This document shows positions 9,744 to 19,837 of a stretch of DNA of 53,154 bases, piece after piece. The DNA comes from an uncultured Acetobacteraceae bacterium (GTDB lineage: Bacteria; Pseudomonadota; Alphaproteobacteria; Acetobacterales; Acetobacteraceae): NCBI GenBank assembly GCA_964249255.1, contig CAXUBN010000001.1:1-53154 (forward strand), read 5' to 3'. The position numbers were made by a program, and so were the translations under genes. Position 1 is the stretch's first letter. The number at the start of each line of letters is the position of its first letter. Below the pieces are notes generated by a model. It was not told the DNA's origin and made no database searches. It saw nothing but the letters and a program-made list of their open reading frames with translations.

Positions 9744-9786
9744 CCAGGGGCGCCGCCCCTGGACCCCGCCAGAGGCGAGCCTCTGG
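9744..9786. repeat. Intergenic double-hairpin REP-like element
   Basis: CCAGGGGC-gcc-GCCCCTGG (9744-9762) followed by CCAGAGGC-ga-GCCTCTGG (9769-9786). Confidence 0.6.
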
Positions 9787-9815
9787 ACTCCGATCATGGT
9801 GGCCGGGCGGAGACG

Positions 9816-11249
9816 TCAGCTCACGATCCGGTATGGCACGACGCCACGTTCGCCGGAGCCTACGTCCAGGGTGTGGCCGGCGGGCGGGACCGCGCGGTGC
9901 CGGCAGTCGGCCCGCTCGCAGGCACGGCAGCCGGGGCCGATCGGCACCGCCGCCGCCGGGCTGGAAAGGTCGAGCCCCGCCGCATACACGGTGAGCGGCG
10001 CGTATTCGATCTCGCAGCCCAGCACCACCGCGATCGAGCGCGGCCGGCTGAGGTAGGCGCTGTCGCTCCGTCCCACGGTCCGGGCGATGTTGAGGTAGGT
10101 CACGTCGTCCGGGGTCCGCGCCAGCTGCACCAGCGTTTCGCCGGGACGCGCGAAGGCGGTGTAGACGTTCCACAACGGGCACGGTCCGCCGAACCGGGCG
10201 AACTGGAAGCGGGTCGCCGAGGACCGCTTCAGGATGTTGCCGGCGATGTCGGTCTTGAGAAAGAAGAACGGGAGGCCCGGGAGGCCCGGACGCTGCATGG
10301 TGCTGAGCCGGTGGCACACCTGCTCGAAGCTGGCGTCGAAGCGCCGCTGCAGCCGCGCGATGTCGTAGCTGACCGCGCGCGCCTCGGTCAGGAAGCGCCG
10401 GTAGGGCATCATCAGCGCGCCGGCGAAGTAGTTCGCGAGCCCGACCCTGGCCAGGGCGGTGGCCTGGGCGTTTGACAGCGGCGTGCGCCGCAGCACGCGG
10501 TCGATCTCCCGCCGAAAGGCGAGCTGCGCCACGATGTGGCCCATCCAGAACACGCGGCTCTCGGTCGAGGCCTCATCCGCCAGGGCCAGGCTGCGCGTGG
10601 AACGGTTCAGCTTCCAGACCGTGCCCTGTTCGAGCAGCGCGGGATCTGCGGTCACCGCGACGCCGTGGGTGTCGCGCAGGTGGCGCACGAGGTCCTCGTG
10701 CAGGCTGTTGCGGCGGAACCCGTCCCGCTCGGCCAAGGCCTCGGCCGCATGGTCCAGCGCGGTGAAATGATTGCCGTGGCCCTGCACCCAGTCGCGTACC
10801 TCCTCGTAGATGGAGTCCGCCGCGAACGCCGCCGTGGCCCCGCGGTCGGCGCCGTCGACCCGCTCGCCCTGCGCACGGAATGCCCGGTAGAGCGCCAGGA
10901 AGCGCTCGGCCACGGCCGGCACCGCCTGGATCGCCGTATGCGCCTCGGCTAGGCTGACCATACCGCCGCCGAAGATCGGATCGGCGGTCGCCTCGCGCAG
11001 GTCGTGCATCAAGCGCAGCGCCTCGCCATCCTCGAACGTGGACACCGGAACGCCCAGGTGCTCGGCCATACGGTGCAGGACCGGACGGGGTAGCGGCCGC
11101 TGGTCGCACTCGATCTGGCTCAGGTAGGAGGGCGACAGCCCGATGCCGCGGGCCAGCGCCGCCTGGCTGATGCGGCGCTGCTCGCGCAGGCGGCGCACTC
11201 GCTCGCCGACATAGAGCTTCGGCCCGGCGCCGGTCCGCAACATCCGCAT
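9816..11249 (-). CDS. prpR: XRE/ScfR-family short-chain acyl-CoA regulator of the methylcitrate cycle (PrpR/PccR/RamB type)
   Basis: N-terminal [44 protein letters not shown] and C-terminal [15 protein letters not shown]; divergent from prpDCB. Confidence 0.9.
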   Translation of the reverse strand: MRMLRTGAGPKLYVGERVRRLREQRRISQAALARGIGLSPSYLSQIECDQRPLPRPVLHRMAEHLGVPVSTFEDGEALRLMHDLREATADPIFGGGMVSLAEAHTAIQAVPAVAERFLALYRAFRAQGERVDGADRGATAAFAADSIYEEVRDWVQGHGNHFTALDHAAEALAERDGFRRNSLHEDLVRHLRDTHGVAVTADPALLEQGTVWKLNRSTRSLALADEASTESRVFWMGHIVAQLAFRREIDRVLRRTPLSNAQATALARVGLANYFAGALMMPYRRFLTEARAVSYDIARLQRRFDASFEQVCHRLSTMQRPGLPGLPFFFLKTDIAGNILKRSSATRFQFARFGGPCPLWNVYTAFARPGETLVQLARTPDDVTYLNIARTVGRSDSAYLSRPRSIAVVLGCEIEYAPLTVYAAGLDLSSPAAAVPIGPGCRACERADCRHRAVPPAGHTLDVGSGERGVVPYRIVS

Positions 11250-11264
11250 CTCCCATCACTCGTG

Positions 11265-11282
11265 TTCGCACATACTTGCAAT
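11265..11282. promoter_or_regulatory. Possible ScfR-family binding sites
   Basis: TTCGCACA and CTTGCAAT resemble the TTTGCAAA repeat bound by PccR/PrpR and lie in an AT-rich divergent spacer. Confidence 0.4.
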
Positions 11283-11369
11283 TTTGGTATTTGTGCCACC
11301 CCGCCGCGGGAGATAGTGAAGGCTGGACGGAGGCGGCCTGGCCGCGACCCATTGCCGGAAGAACCACGC

Positions 11370-12869
11370 ATGATCATCCACGACGTCCGGGTACACCCGG
11401 AAGCCGACCGCCTGCAGCGGGAGGACCAGCTCGCCTGGAAGATCGCCTCGGTCGCCGCGGACCCGGTGGCGGTCGAGTCGGACGTGGCCGACATGATCGT
11501 CAACCGGCTGATCGACAACGCCGCGGTCGCGATCGCCTCGATCAACCGCCATCCCGTGGTCACCGCCCGGGACCAGGCGCTGGCGCATGCCCGGGCGGAT
11601 GGCGCCACGCTGTTCGGACTCGGTCCAGACGTGCGGGTGCATGCCGAATGGGCGGCCTGGGCCAACGGCACGGCGGTGCGCGAGCTCGACTACCACGACA
11701 CGTTCCTGGCGGCCGAGTACTCCCACCCCGGCGACAACATCCCGCCGATCCTGGCCGTGGCGCAGCAGCGTGGGCTGGACGGTGCCGCCCTGGTGCGCGG
11801 GCTGGCCACTGGCTACGAGATCCAGGTCGACCTCGTGCGGGCGATCAGCCTGCACAAGCACAAGATCGACCACGTGGCCCACCTGGGCCCATCGGCGGCG
11901 GCCGGCATCGGAACCATGCTGGGGTTGCCGACCGAGACCATCTACCAGTCGGTGCAGCAGGCGCTGCACACCACCACCGCGACCCGGCAGTCCCGCAAGG
12001 GCGAGATTTCCTCCTGGAAAGCGTTCGCGCCCAGCCACGCCGGCAAGCTGGCGATCGAGGCGGTGGACCGCGCCATGCGCGGCGAGGGCGCGCCCAGCCC
12101 AATCTACGAGGGCGAGGACGGCGTGATCGCCTGGATGCTGGACGGGAAGGACGCGCACTACCGGGTGCCGCTGCCGGCGCCGGGCGAGAGCAAGCGCGGC
12201 ATCCTCGACACCTATACCAAGGAGCACTCGGCCGAGTATCAGAGCCAGGCGCTGATCGACCTGGCATTCCGCATGGGCCGGCGAATCTCCGATTGGGCCG
12301 ACGTCGAGAGCATCCTGATCGAGACCTCGCACCACACCCACTACGTGATCGGCACCGGCTCCAACGACCCGCAGAAGTTCGATCCGACCGCGTCGCGCGA
12401 GACGCTCGACCATTCGATCATGTACATCGTGGCCGTGGCGTTGCAGGACGGCGCCTGGCACCACGTCCGCTCCTACGAGCCCTCGCGCGCGCAGCGTCCG
12501 GACACGGTGGCGCTGTGGCGCAAGATCAGCACGGTCGAGGATCCAAAGTGGACCGCGCGCTACCATTCGGAGGACGCCGACGTGAAGGCGTTCGGCGGAC
12601 GGGTGGTCATCACGCTGAAGAACGGCGAGGTCATCGCCGATGAGCTGGCGGTGGCCAACGCGCACACGCTGGGCGCGACGCCGTGGACGCGGCCGGCCTA
12701 CGTCAACAAGTTCCGGGTGCTGACCGAGGGCATCCTGGACGAGGCCGAGGCCGAACGGTTCCTGCGCGTGGTGCAGACACTGCCGACCCTGTCGGCAGCG
12801 GATCTGCCGCAGCTGACCGTGGCGTTGCCGGCAGGCAGGCTGGACCGGGGTGCCGCCGGCATCTTCTGA
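11370..12869 (+). CDS. prpD: 2-methylcitrate dehydratase (MmgE/PrpD)
   Basis: [49 protein letters not shown]. Confidence 0.95.
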   Translation: MIIHDVRVHPEADRLQREDQLAWKIASVAADPVAVESDVADMIVNRLIDNAAVAIASINRHPVVTARDQALAHARADGATLFGLGPDVRVHAEWAAWANGTAVRELDYHDTFLAAEYSHPGDNIPPILAVAQQRGLDGAALVRGLATGYEIQVDLVRAISLHKHKIDHVAHLGPSAAAGIGTMLGLPTETIYQSVQQALHTTTATRQSRKGEISSWKAFAPSHAGKLAIEAVDRAMRGEGAPSPIYEGEDGVIAWMLDGKDAHYRVPLPAPGESKRGILDTYTKEHSAEYQSQALIDLAFRMGRRISDWADVESILIETSHHTHYVIGTGSNDPQKFDPTASRETLDHSIMYIVAVALQDGAWHHVRSYEPSRAQRPDTVALWRKISTVEDPKWTARYHSEDADVKAFGGRVVITLKNGEVIADELAVANAHTLGATPWTRPAYVNKFRVLTEGILDEAEAERFLRVVQTLPTLSAADLPQLTVALPAGRLDRGAAGIF

Positions 12870-12933
12870 TCGGACGGGTGCGTACGGGATACCGGGTCCG
12901 TCCGGACCCCGGCTCCCAGGAAGGATGATCATC

Positions 12934-14082
12934 ATGAGCGAGACCCCGGGTCCGAAACCGAAGAAGTCCGTCGCCCTGTCGGGCGTGGTCGCCGGCAACA
13001 CCGCGCTGTGCAGCGTCGGCCGCTCCGGCAACGACCTGCACTACCGCGGCTACGACATCATCGACGTCGCCCGCACCTGCGCGTTCGAGGAAATCGCGCA
13101 CCTGCTGGTGCACGGGCACCTGCCGAACGAGGCCGAGCTTGCCGTCTACAGGGTGAGGCTGAAGCGCCTGCGCGGCGTGCCGGCCGCGGTGCGCGCGGTT
13201 CTGGAAACGCTGCCGGCGGCCACGCACCCGATGGACGTGATGCGCACCGGCGTATCCGCGCTGGGCTGCGTGCTGCCGGAAAAGGACGACCACAGCGCTG
13301 CCGGCGCCCGCGACATCGCCGACCGGCTGATGGCCTCGCTCGGCTCCATGCTGCTGGTCTGGTACCAGTATAGCCACAACGGCGTGACGCTGGACGTCGA
13401 GACCGACGACGACAGCATCGGCGGCCACTTCCTGCACCTGCTGCACGGCGAGCCGGCGCCGGCCTCCTGGGTGCGGGCGATGCACGCCTCGCTGGTGCTC
13501 TACGCGGAGCACGAGTTCAACGCGTCCACCTTCGCCGCCCGGGTGATCGCCGGCACCGGATCGGACATGTACTCGGCGATCGCCGGCGGCATCGGCGCGC
13601 TGCGCGGTCCCAAGCATGGCGGTGCCAACGAGGTGGCGCTGGAGATCCAGTCCCGCTACGCGACCCCGGACGCGGCCGAGGCCGACATCCGGGCACGGGT
13701 CGCGGCGCGGGAGGTGGTGATCGGCTTCGGCCACCCGGTCTACACCATCTCCGATCCGCGCAACGTGGTGATCAAGGAGATCGCCCGCGAGCTGACCGCC
13801 GAGGCCGGCTCGGCGGCGAAGTTCGCGGTGGCGGAGCGGATCGAGGGCGTGATGTGGGACGCCAAGCGGATGTTCCCCAACCTCGACTGGTTCTCCGCCG
13901 TGTCCTACGAGGCGATGGGAGTGCCCACGGCGATGTTCACCCCCCTGTTCGTGATCGCGCGCACCGCCGGCTGGGCGGCGCACGTGATCGAGCAACGGGA
14001 GGACGGCAAGATCATCCGCCCCACCGCAAACTATACCGGCCCGGAGAACCTGTCCTTCGTGCCGCTGGCCGATCGGCCCTGA
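12934..14082 (+). CDS. prpC: 2-methylcitrate synthase
   Basis: [51 protein letters not shown]; lies between prpD and prpB. Confidence 0.95.
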   Translation: MSETPGPKPKKSVALSGVVAGNTALCSVGRSGNDLHYRGYDIIDVARTCAFEEIAHLLVHGHLPNEAELAVYRVRLKRLRGVPAAVRAVLETLPAATHPMDVMRTGVSALGCVLPEKDDHSAAGARDIADRLMASLGSMLLVWYQYSHNGVTLDVETDDDSIGGHFLHLLHGEPAPASWVRAMHASLVLYAEHEFNASTFAARVIAGTGSDMYSAIAGGIGALRGPKHGGANEVALEIQSRYATPDAAEADIRARVAAREVVIGFGHPVYTISDPRNVVIKEIARELTAEAGSAAKFAVAERIEGVMWDAKRMFPNLDWFSAVSYEAMGVPTAMFTPLFVIARTAGWAAHVIEQREDGKIIRPTANYTGPENLSFVPLADRP

Positions 14083-14113
14083 TCGGGCCGCCGTTTCCCC
14101 GGGAGAATTCGTC

Positions 14114-15037
14114 ATGCCCTACCTGACCGCCGCCGACCTGCCTGCCGAGGCCGCGGGGGTGCGCTTCCGCCGGCTGCTGGACCGGCCGGACATCCTGCAG
14201 ATCCCGGGCACCCACAACGGCCAGGCGGCGATGCAGGCCAAGGCGGCCGGGTTCGAGGCCTGCTACCTCTCCGGGGCGGCGATGACCGCCTCCATGGGGC
14301 TGCCCGACCTCGGCATCATCACCGTGGACGAGGTCGCGTTCTTCATCCGGCAGGTCGCCCGCGCGTCCGGGCTACCGGTGCTGGTGGATGGCGACACCGG
14401 CTATGGCGAGGCGCTCAACGCCATGCACATGGTGCGCACCTTCGAGGATGCGGGTGCCGCCGCGGTGCATCTCGAGGACCAGCTGCTGCCCAAGAAGTGC
14501 GGCCACCTCAACGACAAGAGGCTGGCGGCACCCGGTGACATGGCCGCAAAGGTCGCCGCCGCCGCCCGGGCGCGCCGCTCGCTGGTCGTGATCGCCCGCA
14601 CCGATGCCGCGGCCTCCGAGGGCATGGAGGGCGCCGTCGCGCGTGCGCGGCTCTACATGGAGGCGGGCGCCGATGCGATCTTCCCGGAGGCGCTGACCAC
14701 GCCGGAGATGTTCCGCGAGTTCGCGAGCCGCATGCTCGGCGTGCCGCTGCTGGCCAACATGACCGAGTTCGGCCGCACGCCGTTCTTCACCGCCGCCGAG
14801 TTCCAGGAGTTCGGCTACCGGATGGTGATCTGGCCGGTGAGCTCGCTGCGCGTCGCCAACAAGGCGCAGGCCGAGCTGTTCGAGGCGATCCGCCGCGATG
14901 GCGGCACGCATCGCATGGTGGAGCGCATGCAGACCCGCAAGGAGCTCTACGCCACCATCGGCTACCACGACTACGAGGAGCTCGACGCGTCGATCGTCCG
15001 CACGGTCGTGCCCGAGGCGATGCCGCAGATCGACTAA
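14114..15037 (+). CDS. prpB: 2-methylisocitrate lyase
   Basis: GLPDLG, VDGDTGYG, EDQ..PKKCGH, LANMTEFG. Confidence 0.95.
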   Translation: MPYLTAADLPAEAAGVRFRRLLDRPDILQIPGTHNGQAAMQAKAAGFEACYLSGAAMTASMGLPDLGIITVDEVAFFIRQVARASGLPVLVDGDTGYGEALNAMHMVRTFEDAGAAAVHLEDQLLPKKCGHLNDKRLAAPGDMAAKVAAAARARRSLVVIARTDAAASEGMEGAVARARLYMEAGADAIFPEALTTPEMFREFASRMLGVPLLANMTEFGRTPFFTAAEFQEFGYRMVIWPVSSLRVANKAQAELFEAIRRDGGTHRMVERMQTRKELYATIGYHDYEELDASIVRTVVPEAMPQID

Positions 15038-15104
15038 GACGGGAGTTGCTCCGACCGGTCACGCGTCGGACCGGGCAACAGCGGGTGGGTCGTGCGCTTC
15101 CGGA

Positions 15105-16268
15105 TCAGGGAGCGTGATCGGCATCGCGGTGGCCGCCCGCAGCGCCATCGAGCCGCCCGTCCATGAACGCCGCGATATGCCGGTTCAAGAAGGCAGCGTC
15201 TGCCGGGCTGGCGCCCGCCCCGGCCGGATGTCCCCACAGTGACGGGATCGGCATCAGGATGCACTGCCTGATGAAGCCAGCCTCTGATCGCGCGTCCCCG
15301 ACCGGGAAGTAGAGATCGGTGGCCGATGGCATGAACAGTACCGGCACCCTGATCGAGCGCAGCGCCGCCTGCAGGTTTCCCGCGAAGGGCGGGGTGTCGC
15401 CGACGTCGTTCGACTGCCACGTGCGCATCTGCAGGATCAGGTCGTTGGCATCCGCGCCGGCGAAGAACGCGGTCGTGTAGCGGTCCACCGCCTGCCGGAA
15501 CGTCGTGCCGGGCGGGTTCTCGGTGCGCCACAGCTCGCGGCGCCACCATTCCTGCGAGTAAAGCCAGCCGAGCCAGACCAGCGAGGTGGCCGCAATGCCG
15601 CGCCGCGGCTCCGTCGTGTAGTTGCCGCCGTTGAAGGCGGGGTCGGTGGTGAGCGCTGCGATTTGCCCGTCAAGCCGGACGATGCCGTGGCCATAGGTCT
15701 TGGCGGTACCGGAGGTGGCGACGATCCGGTCCATGAACCGCGGATAGCTGACCGCCCACTGCAACGCCTGCTGTGCTCCCATGGAGAAGCCGATCACCGC
15801 GCGCAGGTGCGTCACGTGCAGCTGCTCCACCAGCAGGCGGTGCACGGCGTTCACGTTGTCGCGGATCGTCATGGCGGGGAAGCGGGGCCCGTGGAACGGC
15901 TCGGGCGTGTTGCTCGGCGAGGAAGACCGCCCGTTGCCGAACAGCTCGCTGGTGACCAGGAACAGCTTGGTCGGGTCGAGCGCCTTGCCTGGCCCGATCA
16001 GCCAGTCGTAGCCATGCATGTCCGCCATGTAGTGGGACGGCAGCAGGACGGCGTTGTCACCGGCCGCATTCAGTGTTCCGGTGGTGCCATACACGACGCG
16101 GGCTTCCGGTAATACCGCCTTGCCATCGGTGCTGAAGCCGTGGATCAGGAACTCGTGCTGGACCGGCGCATCCGGCGTCGCGGCGGCGGATCGCGAGACC
16201 GCGGAACCGATCACCAGCAGGCTGGACATCGCCAGCAGCGCCGGACGGATCGGATGGCGGATCGTCAT
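15105..16268 (-). CDS. Homoserine O-acetyltransferase-like (MetX fold) alpha/beta hydrolase with signal peptide
   Basis: YGTTGTLNAAGDNAVL, SSSPSN, TIRDNV, GFSMGA nucleophile elbow, TDLYFP, WGH; N-terminal signal ending in SAAA. Confidence 0.8.
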   Translation of the reverse strand: MTIRHPIRPALLAMSSLLVIGSAVSRSAAATPDAPVQHEFLIHGFSTDGKAVLPEARVVYGTTGTLNAAGDNAVLLPSHYMADMHGYDWLIGPGKALDPTKLFLVTSELFGNGRSSSPSNTPEPFHGPRFPAMTIRDNVNAVHRLLVEQLHVTHLRAVIGFSMGAQQALQWAVSYPRFMDRIVATSGTAKTYGHGIVRLDGQIAALTTDPAFNGGNYTTEPRRGIAATSLVWLGWLYSQEWWRRELWRTENPPGTTFRQAVDRYTTAFFAGADANDLILQMRTWQSNDVGDTPPFAGNLQAALRSIRVPVLFMPSATDLYFPVGDARSEAGFIRQCILMPIPSLWGHPAGAGASPADAAFLNRHIAAFMDGRLDGAAGGHRDADHAP

Positions 16269-16609
16269 GTTCCATCACTCCGCATGGCGGTTCGCGACGA
16301 CAGATCCGATCCCGTCGCCGCCAAACCCCTGTCGTATCCCCATCCGGTCGCATCGATGCAAGCGGTCAACCTCGTCCTCGACCAAGACGGTGCTGGGCGA
16401 TGATGGCGCGGCGGGAGCATCTCGACCACCATTACGACACGTCCTCGCCCTGGACGCTCAGCATCCAGCCGACCGCATGGCCCTCGGTCGACCACCTCCG
16501 GCACACTTCACATCATGTCGATCATACGAGGCTGCCGCCTGCGGCCGCCGCGCCGATGCATCCCGGCCACCGCTGCGCCGTTGCAGGGCGTCACCCTGAG
16601 GAACTCATC

Positions 16610-17002
16610 ATGCCGATCTCGACCCGGTTGCACGGATGGATCGACTACGCGGCGGCGGTTTCGCTGGGCGGCCTCGTCCTCGCCGGCGGGCTGCGGGGCC
16701 CAGCACGGGGCGTGGCCGCGGTCGCGACGGCGGTCCCCGTCGGCGTGTTCCTGCTCACGGACTTCGAGGCCGGCCTGATCGGCCTGATCGGCGTACGCCG
16801 GCATCTGCGGTTCGACGTCACCGAGGGCCTCCTCTTGTTCGGCGCTGGAGTGGCGTTGCGACGGCAGCCGTTCGTCTCCCGTGCCATCCTCGCCTTCTAC
16901 GGCCTGTCCCAGTTCGCGCTGGGGTTGTCGACCAGCCAGGTCGCGAGGAGTGGGCCTGGCCGAAGCTCCAGCCCGATCACGCGGTTGCTCGGATCGGTAT
17001 AA
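16610..17002 (+). CDS. Small hypothetical membrane protein
   Basis: ISTRLHGWIDY..LLTDFEAG..HLRFD pattern, about four hydrophobic segments, GAGG RBS. Confidence 0.65.
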   Translation: MPISTRLHGWIDYAAAVSLGGLVLAGGLRGPARGVAAVATAVPVGVFLLTDFEAGLIGLIGVRRHLRFDVTEGLLLFGAGVALRRQPFVSRAILAFYGLSQFALGLSTSQVARSGPGRSSSPITRLLGSV

Positions 17003-17103
17003 GGTCGGATAGGCCCTTCGATCGTTGCGGCCACCACCGTGCCTGAATACCCCAGTCAGACTGACCCCTCGAGATACGCGATCCCGGCTCGGCGCCGGGG
17101 GTG

Positions 17104-18081
17104 TCAGGTCAGCACGACGATCTTTCCGTCCGCCCTGTTCTCCTCCATGCAGCGATGCGCCTCGGCGATCTCGTCCAATCGGAAGATCGGGCCGACAGGA
17201 ACGTGCAGCTCCCCGGTCGCGATCCGTCCCGCCAGCCGCTCGAGCGGCGTCAGCATGAAGTCCGCCGCGGTGCCGCCATAGGTGGTCAAGCAGACCGCGG
17301 TCGGGATTTCCGCGATCGGGCTGAAGTCCGGCAGTACCCACTGATTGCCGACGACGCCGGTCATGCACACGATGCCGCCCGGCCGCGCGCACCGGAGCGA
17401 GTCAGCCAGGGTGATGGTGCCGATCAGCTCCAGCACCTTGTCCACGCCCTCCGCCGCATCCGGCCCCATCCGCGCCGCGATGCTGCCGTCGTCGATCACC
17501 ACCTGATCGGCACCGGACCGGCGCAGCAGCGCTTCCCGCTCCGGGCGCCGCGTGGTCGACACCACGAACGCGCCCTCGTCGCGGGCCAGGGCCGCCGCGG
17601 CCAGTCCGACCGAGGTGCCGCCGCCCCGGATCAGCAGGCGTTCCCCGGCGCGCAGCCGCAGCGACTTGTGCAGCGAGCCCCAGGCCGTCTGCAGCATCTC
17701 CGGCAGCGCGCCCAGCACCTCCCAGGACAAGGGCGTGCGAACCGCCTGCACCTGCGCCGTCGGCACCAGCACGTACTCCGCGTAGCCGCCGTCGAACTGC
17801 CGCCCCATGCCGCCCATGCAGGTGGCGACCACCTCGTCCAACTGGAATTCGCCGCCCGGTGCCGCCGCCACGGTGCCCGCCGCCTCGATGCCGAGCACAC
17901 GTGGAAACGCCACGTCCGGCGAATGACCCTGGCGCGTGAACAGCTCCGACCGGTTGAGGCCGAACGCCCGCACCCGGATCAGCACCTGTCCACGCTGCGG
18001 TACCGGCACCGGCCGGGTCTCGACGCGCAGCACGTCGGCATCGCCGGGTGCGTGCATCACCACCGCCCGCATGGTGGCCAC
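17104..18081 (-). CDS. MDR-superfamily NADPH:quinone oxidoreductase-like protein
   Basis: RAFGLNRSE, VLGIEAAG, DGGYAEY, RGGGTSVG, GKIVV; no catalytic Zn Cys/His motif seen. Confidence 0.88.
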   Translation of the reverse strand: MATMRAVVMHAPGDADVLRVETRPVPVPQRGQVLIRVRAFGLNRSELFTRQGHSPDVAFPRVLGIEAAGTVAAAPGGEFQLDEVVATCMGGMGRQFDGGYAEYVLVPTAQVQAVRTPLSWEVLGALPEMLQTAWGSLHKSLRLRAGERLLIRGGGTSVGLAAAALARDEGAFVVSTTRRPEREALLRRSGADQVVIDDGSIAARMGPDAAEGVDKVLELIGTITLADSLRCARPGGIVCMTGVVGNQWVLPDFSPIAEIPTAVCLTTYGGTAADFMLTPLERLAGRIATGELHVPVGPIFRLDEIAEAHRCMEENRADGKIVVLT

Positions 18082-18107
18082 CGCTCACCCGCCCCCGGCG
18101 GCCAGGC

Positions 18108-19157
18108 TCATGCTTCGGTCAGCCATTGCGGATTATGGTTGGTGCCATCGAAGTGCTCGGTGGTCTTGTAGAGCTCGGTGCGGCCGGTCATGGCCACCGC
18201 GGCGCTCCGGGCCAGCAGCGCCTCACGCAGCTCCGGCGAAGGCGGCACGAAGGTGCGCACGGCGTCCAGCGCCTGCGCCAGGATCGGCAGGCCGTCGATC
18301 CCGGTGACCTGGATGCTGATCGGCAGGCCCATCGGATATTGCAGCATCTGCACCGGGGGCATCACCCGCGACTTCAGGATGTAGTTGTCGCCGAATGCCT
18401 TCATGCCGATGATGCCGGTCCCCCGCGCCACCGCGATCGGCACCACGGTGCGCTCGAAGCTGTCGTAGTGCGCGTCCATGATGTTGAGCGGCATCTGCAC
18501 GGTGTCGAAGTGGAACCCGTGCCGGTCGGCGGTCGCGAACATGCTGGCGTGGATCGCCGGGCTCTTGTGGCCGGTAAAGCCGATGTAGCGGATCTTGCCC
18601 TGCTCCCGCGCCCGCAGCACCGCTTCCAGCGCGCCGCCGGCCGCGAACACCCGCGCCGGGTCGTCCGGCCGGATGATCTCGTGGAACTGCAGCAGGTCGA
18701 TGTGATCCGTGCGCAGCCGCCGCAGCGAGGTCTCGATCTGGCCGGCGGCCGCCTCCGCGGTGCGCCCGTCGATCTTGGTCATCAGCAGGATCTTGCCACG
18801 GTAGCCGCCACTGCTCAGCGCCCGCCCGAGCCTGATCTCGCTTTCGCCGCCGTTGTAGTCCCAGCAATTGTCGCAAAGGTTGATGCCGGCATCGAGTCCG
18901 GCATGCACTACCCGCACCGCCTCGTCGCTGGTCATGCCGCCGGGCTTGGCCAGGTGGAACCCGCCCATGCCGACCAGCGACACCGCCTCGCCGGTGGTGC
19001 CGAGCGCCCGGTACTTCATGTCGGGATGCTGCGGGATCGCCGCGGTGACGGTGCCGGGCCTAGGCTGCACACGGTCGTCGGTGGCCGCGTATGCAGCTGC
19101 CACCGGCGTCGCGACGACGGCCGCAGCCGCCGTCCTGATGAAGTCTCGTCGATCCAT
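18108..19157 (-). CDS. Tat-exported aldo/keto reductase-fold protein, directly downstream of larB
   Basis: MDRRDFIRTAAAAVVA twin-arginine signal; DNCWDY, TK, FHE, GFTGHK, QMPLN; GGAGG RBS. Confidence 0.9.
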   Translation of the reverse strand: MDRRDFIRTAAAAVVATPVAAAYAATDDRVQPRPGTVTAAIPQHPDMKYRALGTTGEAVSLVGMGGFHLAKPGGMTSDEAVRVVHAGLDAGINLCDNCWDYNGGESEIRLGRALSSGGYRGKILLMTKIDGRTAEAAAGQIETSLRRLRTDHIDLLQFHEIIRPDDPARVFAAGGALEAVLRAREQGKIRYIGFTGHKSPAIHASMFATADRHGFHFDTVQMPLNIMDAHYDSFERTVVPIAVARGTGIIGMKAFGDNYILKSRVMPPVQMLQYPMGLPISIQVTGIDGLPILAQALDAVRTFVPPSPELREALLARSAAVAMTGRTELYKTTEHFDGTNHNPQWLTEA

Positions 19158-19192
19158 CGCGAATTCCTCCCGTCCGGTCGAAGTCGGGGTGG

Positions 19193-19837
19193 TCAGACCA
19201 TCCCCAACGCGCGCAACGCCACGCAGGCGGCGCCGTAGCCGTTGTCGATGTTCACGACCGACAATCCCGGCGCGCAGGATGCCAGCATCGCATCCAGCGC
19301 CGCGCGTCCGCCCGTCGCCACCCCGTAGCCGACGGAGGTGGGAACGCCCACCACCAGTCCCGGGGTCAGTCCGGCCACCACCGACGGCAGCGCCGCATCC
19401 ATGCCCGCCACCACGATCACGATCGGATAGCTACGCAGCTCCTCGACCCGCCGCAGCAGCCGCCACAGCCCGGCCACTCCGACATCGGCGATCTCCGCCG
19501 CGCCGTGGCCGGAAAAGCGCAGCGTGCGCGCGATCTCCCGGGCCACCGGTACGTCGGACGTTCCCGCCGTCACCACCGCCACCCGCGTCTGCGCCAGCAA
19601 CGGCGCCGGCTCGCCCTGCCACGCGGTGCGTGACACCGGGTCATAGTCGAGGCCGGTCCTGAGGCGGTCCGGCAACGCGTCGAACCGCGCCACGTCGAGC
19701 CGGGTCAACAGCAGCGGCATGTCGGCCGCCGCTTCGAGGATGTCGGCGATCTGTCTTACCGATTTCCCGGCGCAGTAGACCGCCTCGCCAAGGCCGATCC
19801 GAGTCGTGCGCTCGCGATCGAGCAGGAACTCGCTCAC
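19193..19837 (-). CDS. larB: Nickel-pincer cofactor biosynthesis carboxylase/hydrolase LarB
   Basis: EAVYCAGK, TAGTSDVPVARE, DVGVAGL, VAGMDAALPSVV, VPTSVGYG, MLASCAPGLSVVNIDNGYGAA. Confidence 0.95.
   Translation of the reverse strand: MSEFLLDRERTTRIGLGEAVYCAGKSVRQIADILEAAADMPLLLTRLDVARFDALPDRLRTGLDYDPVSRTAWQGEPAPLLAQTRVAVVTAGTSDVPVAREIARTLRFSGHGAAEIADVGVAGLWRLLRRVEELRSYPIVIVVAGMDAALPSVVAGLTPGLVVGVPTSVGYGVATGGRAALDAMLASCAPGLSVVNIDNGYGAACVALRALGMV

Noticed and set aside
503-14115. Long antisense or alternative-frame ORFs (503-1747, 1856-3247, 6632-7714, 8446-10317, 11256-13031, 12703-14115)
   Set aside because: Shadow ORFs of well-supported genes in high-GC DNA; R/G/P/A-rich with no recognisable motifs
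16400-16609. His-rich N-terminal extension of ORF 16400-17002
   Set aside because: A better start with RBS lies at 16610 where the recognisable pattern begins; the upstream part is probably non-coding
19193-19837. PurE (AIR carboxylase)
   Set aside because: PurE-like fold but with LarB-specific motifs (PTSVGYG, SC..G..VVNIDNG) and coupled to larE and larC
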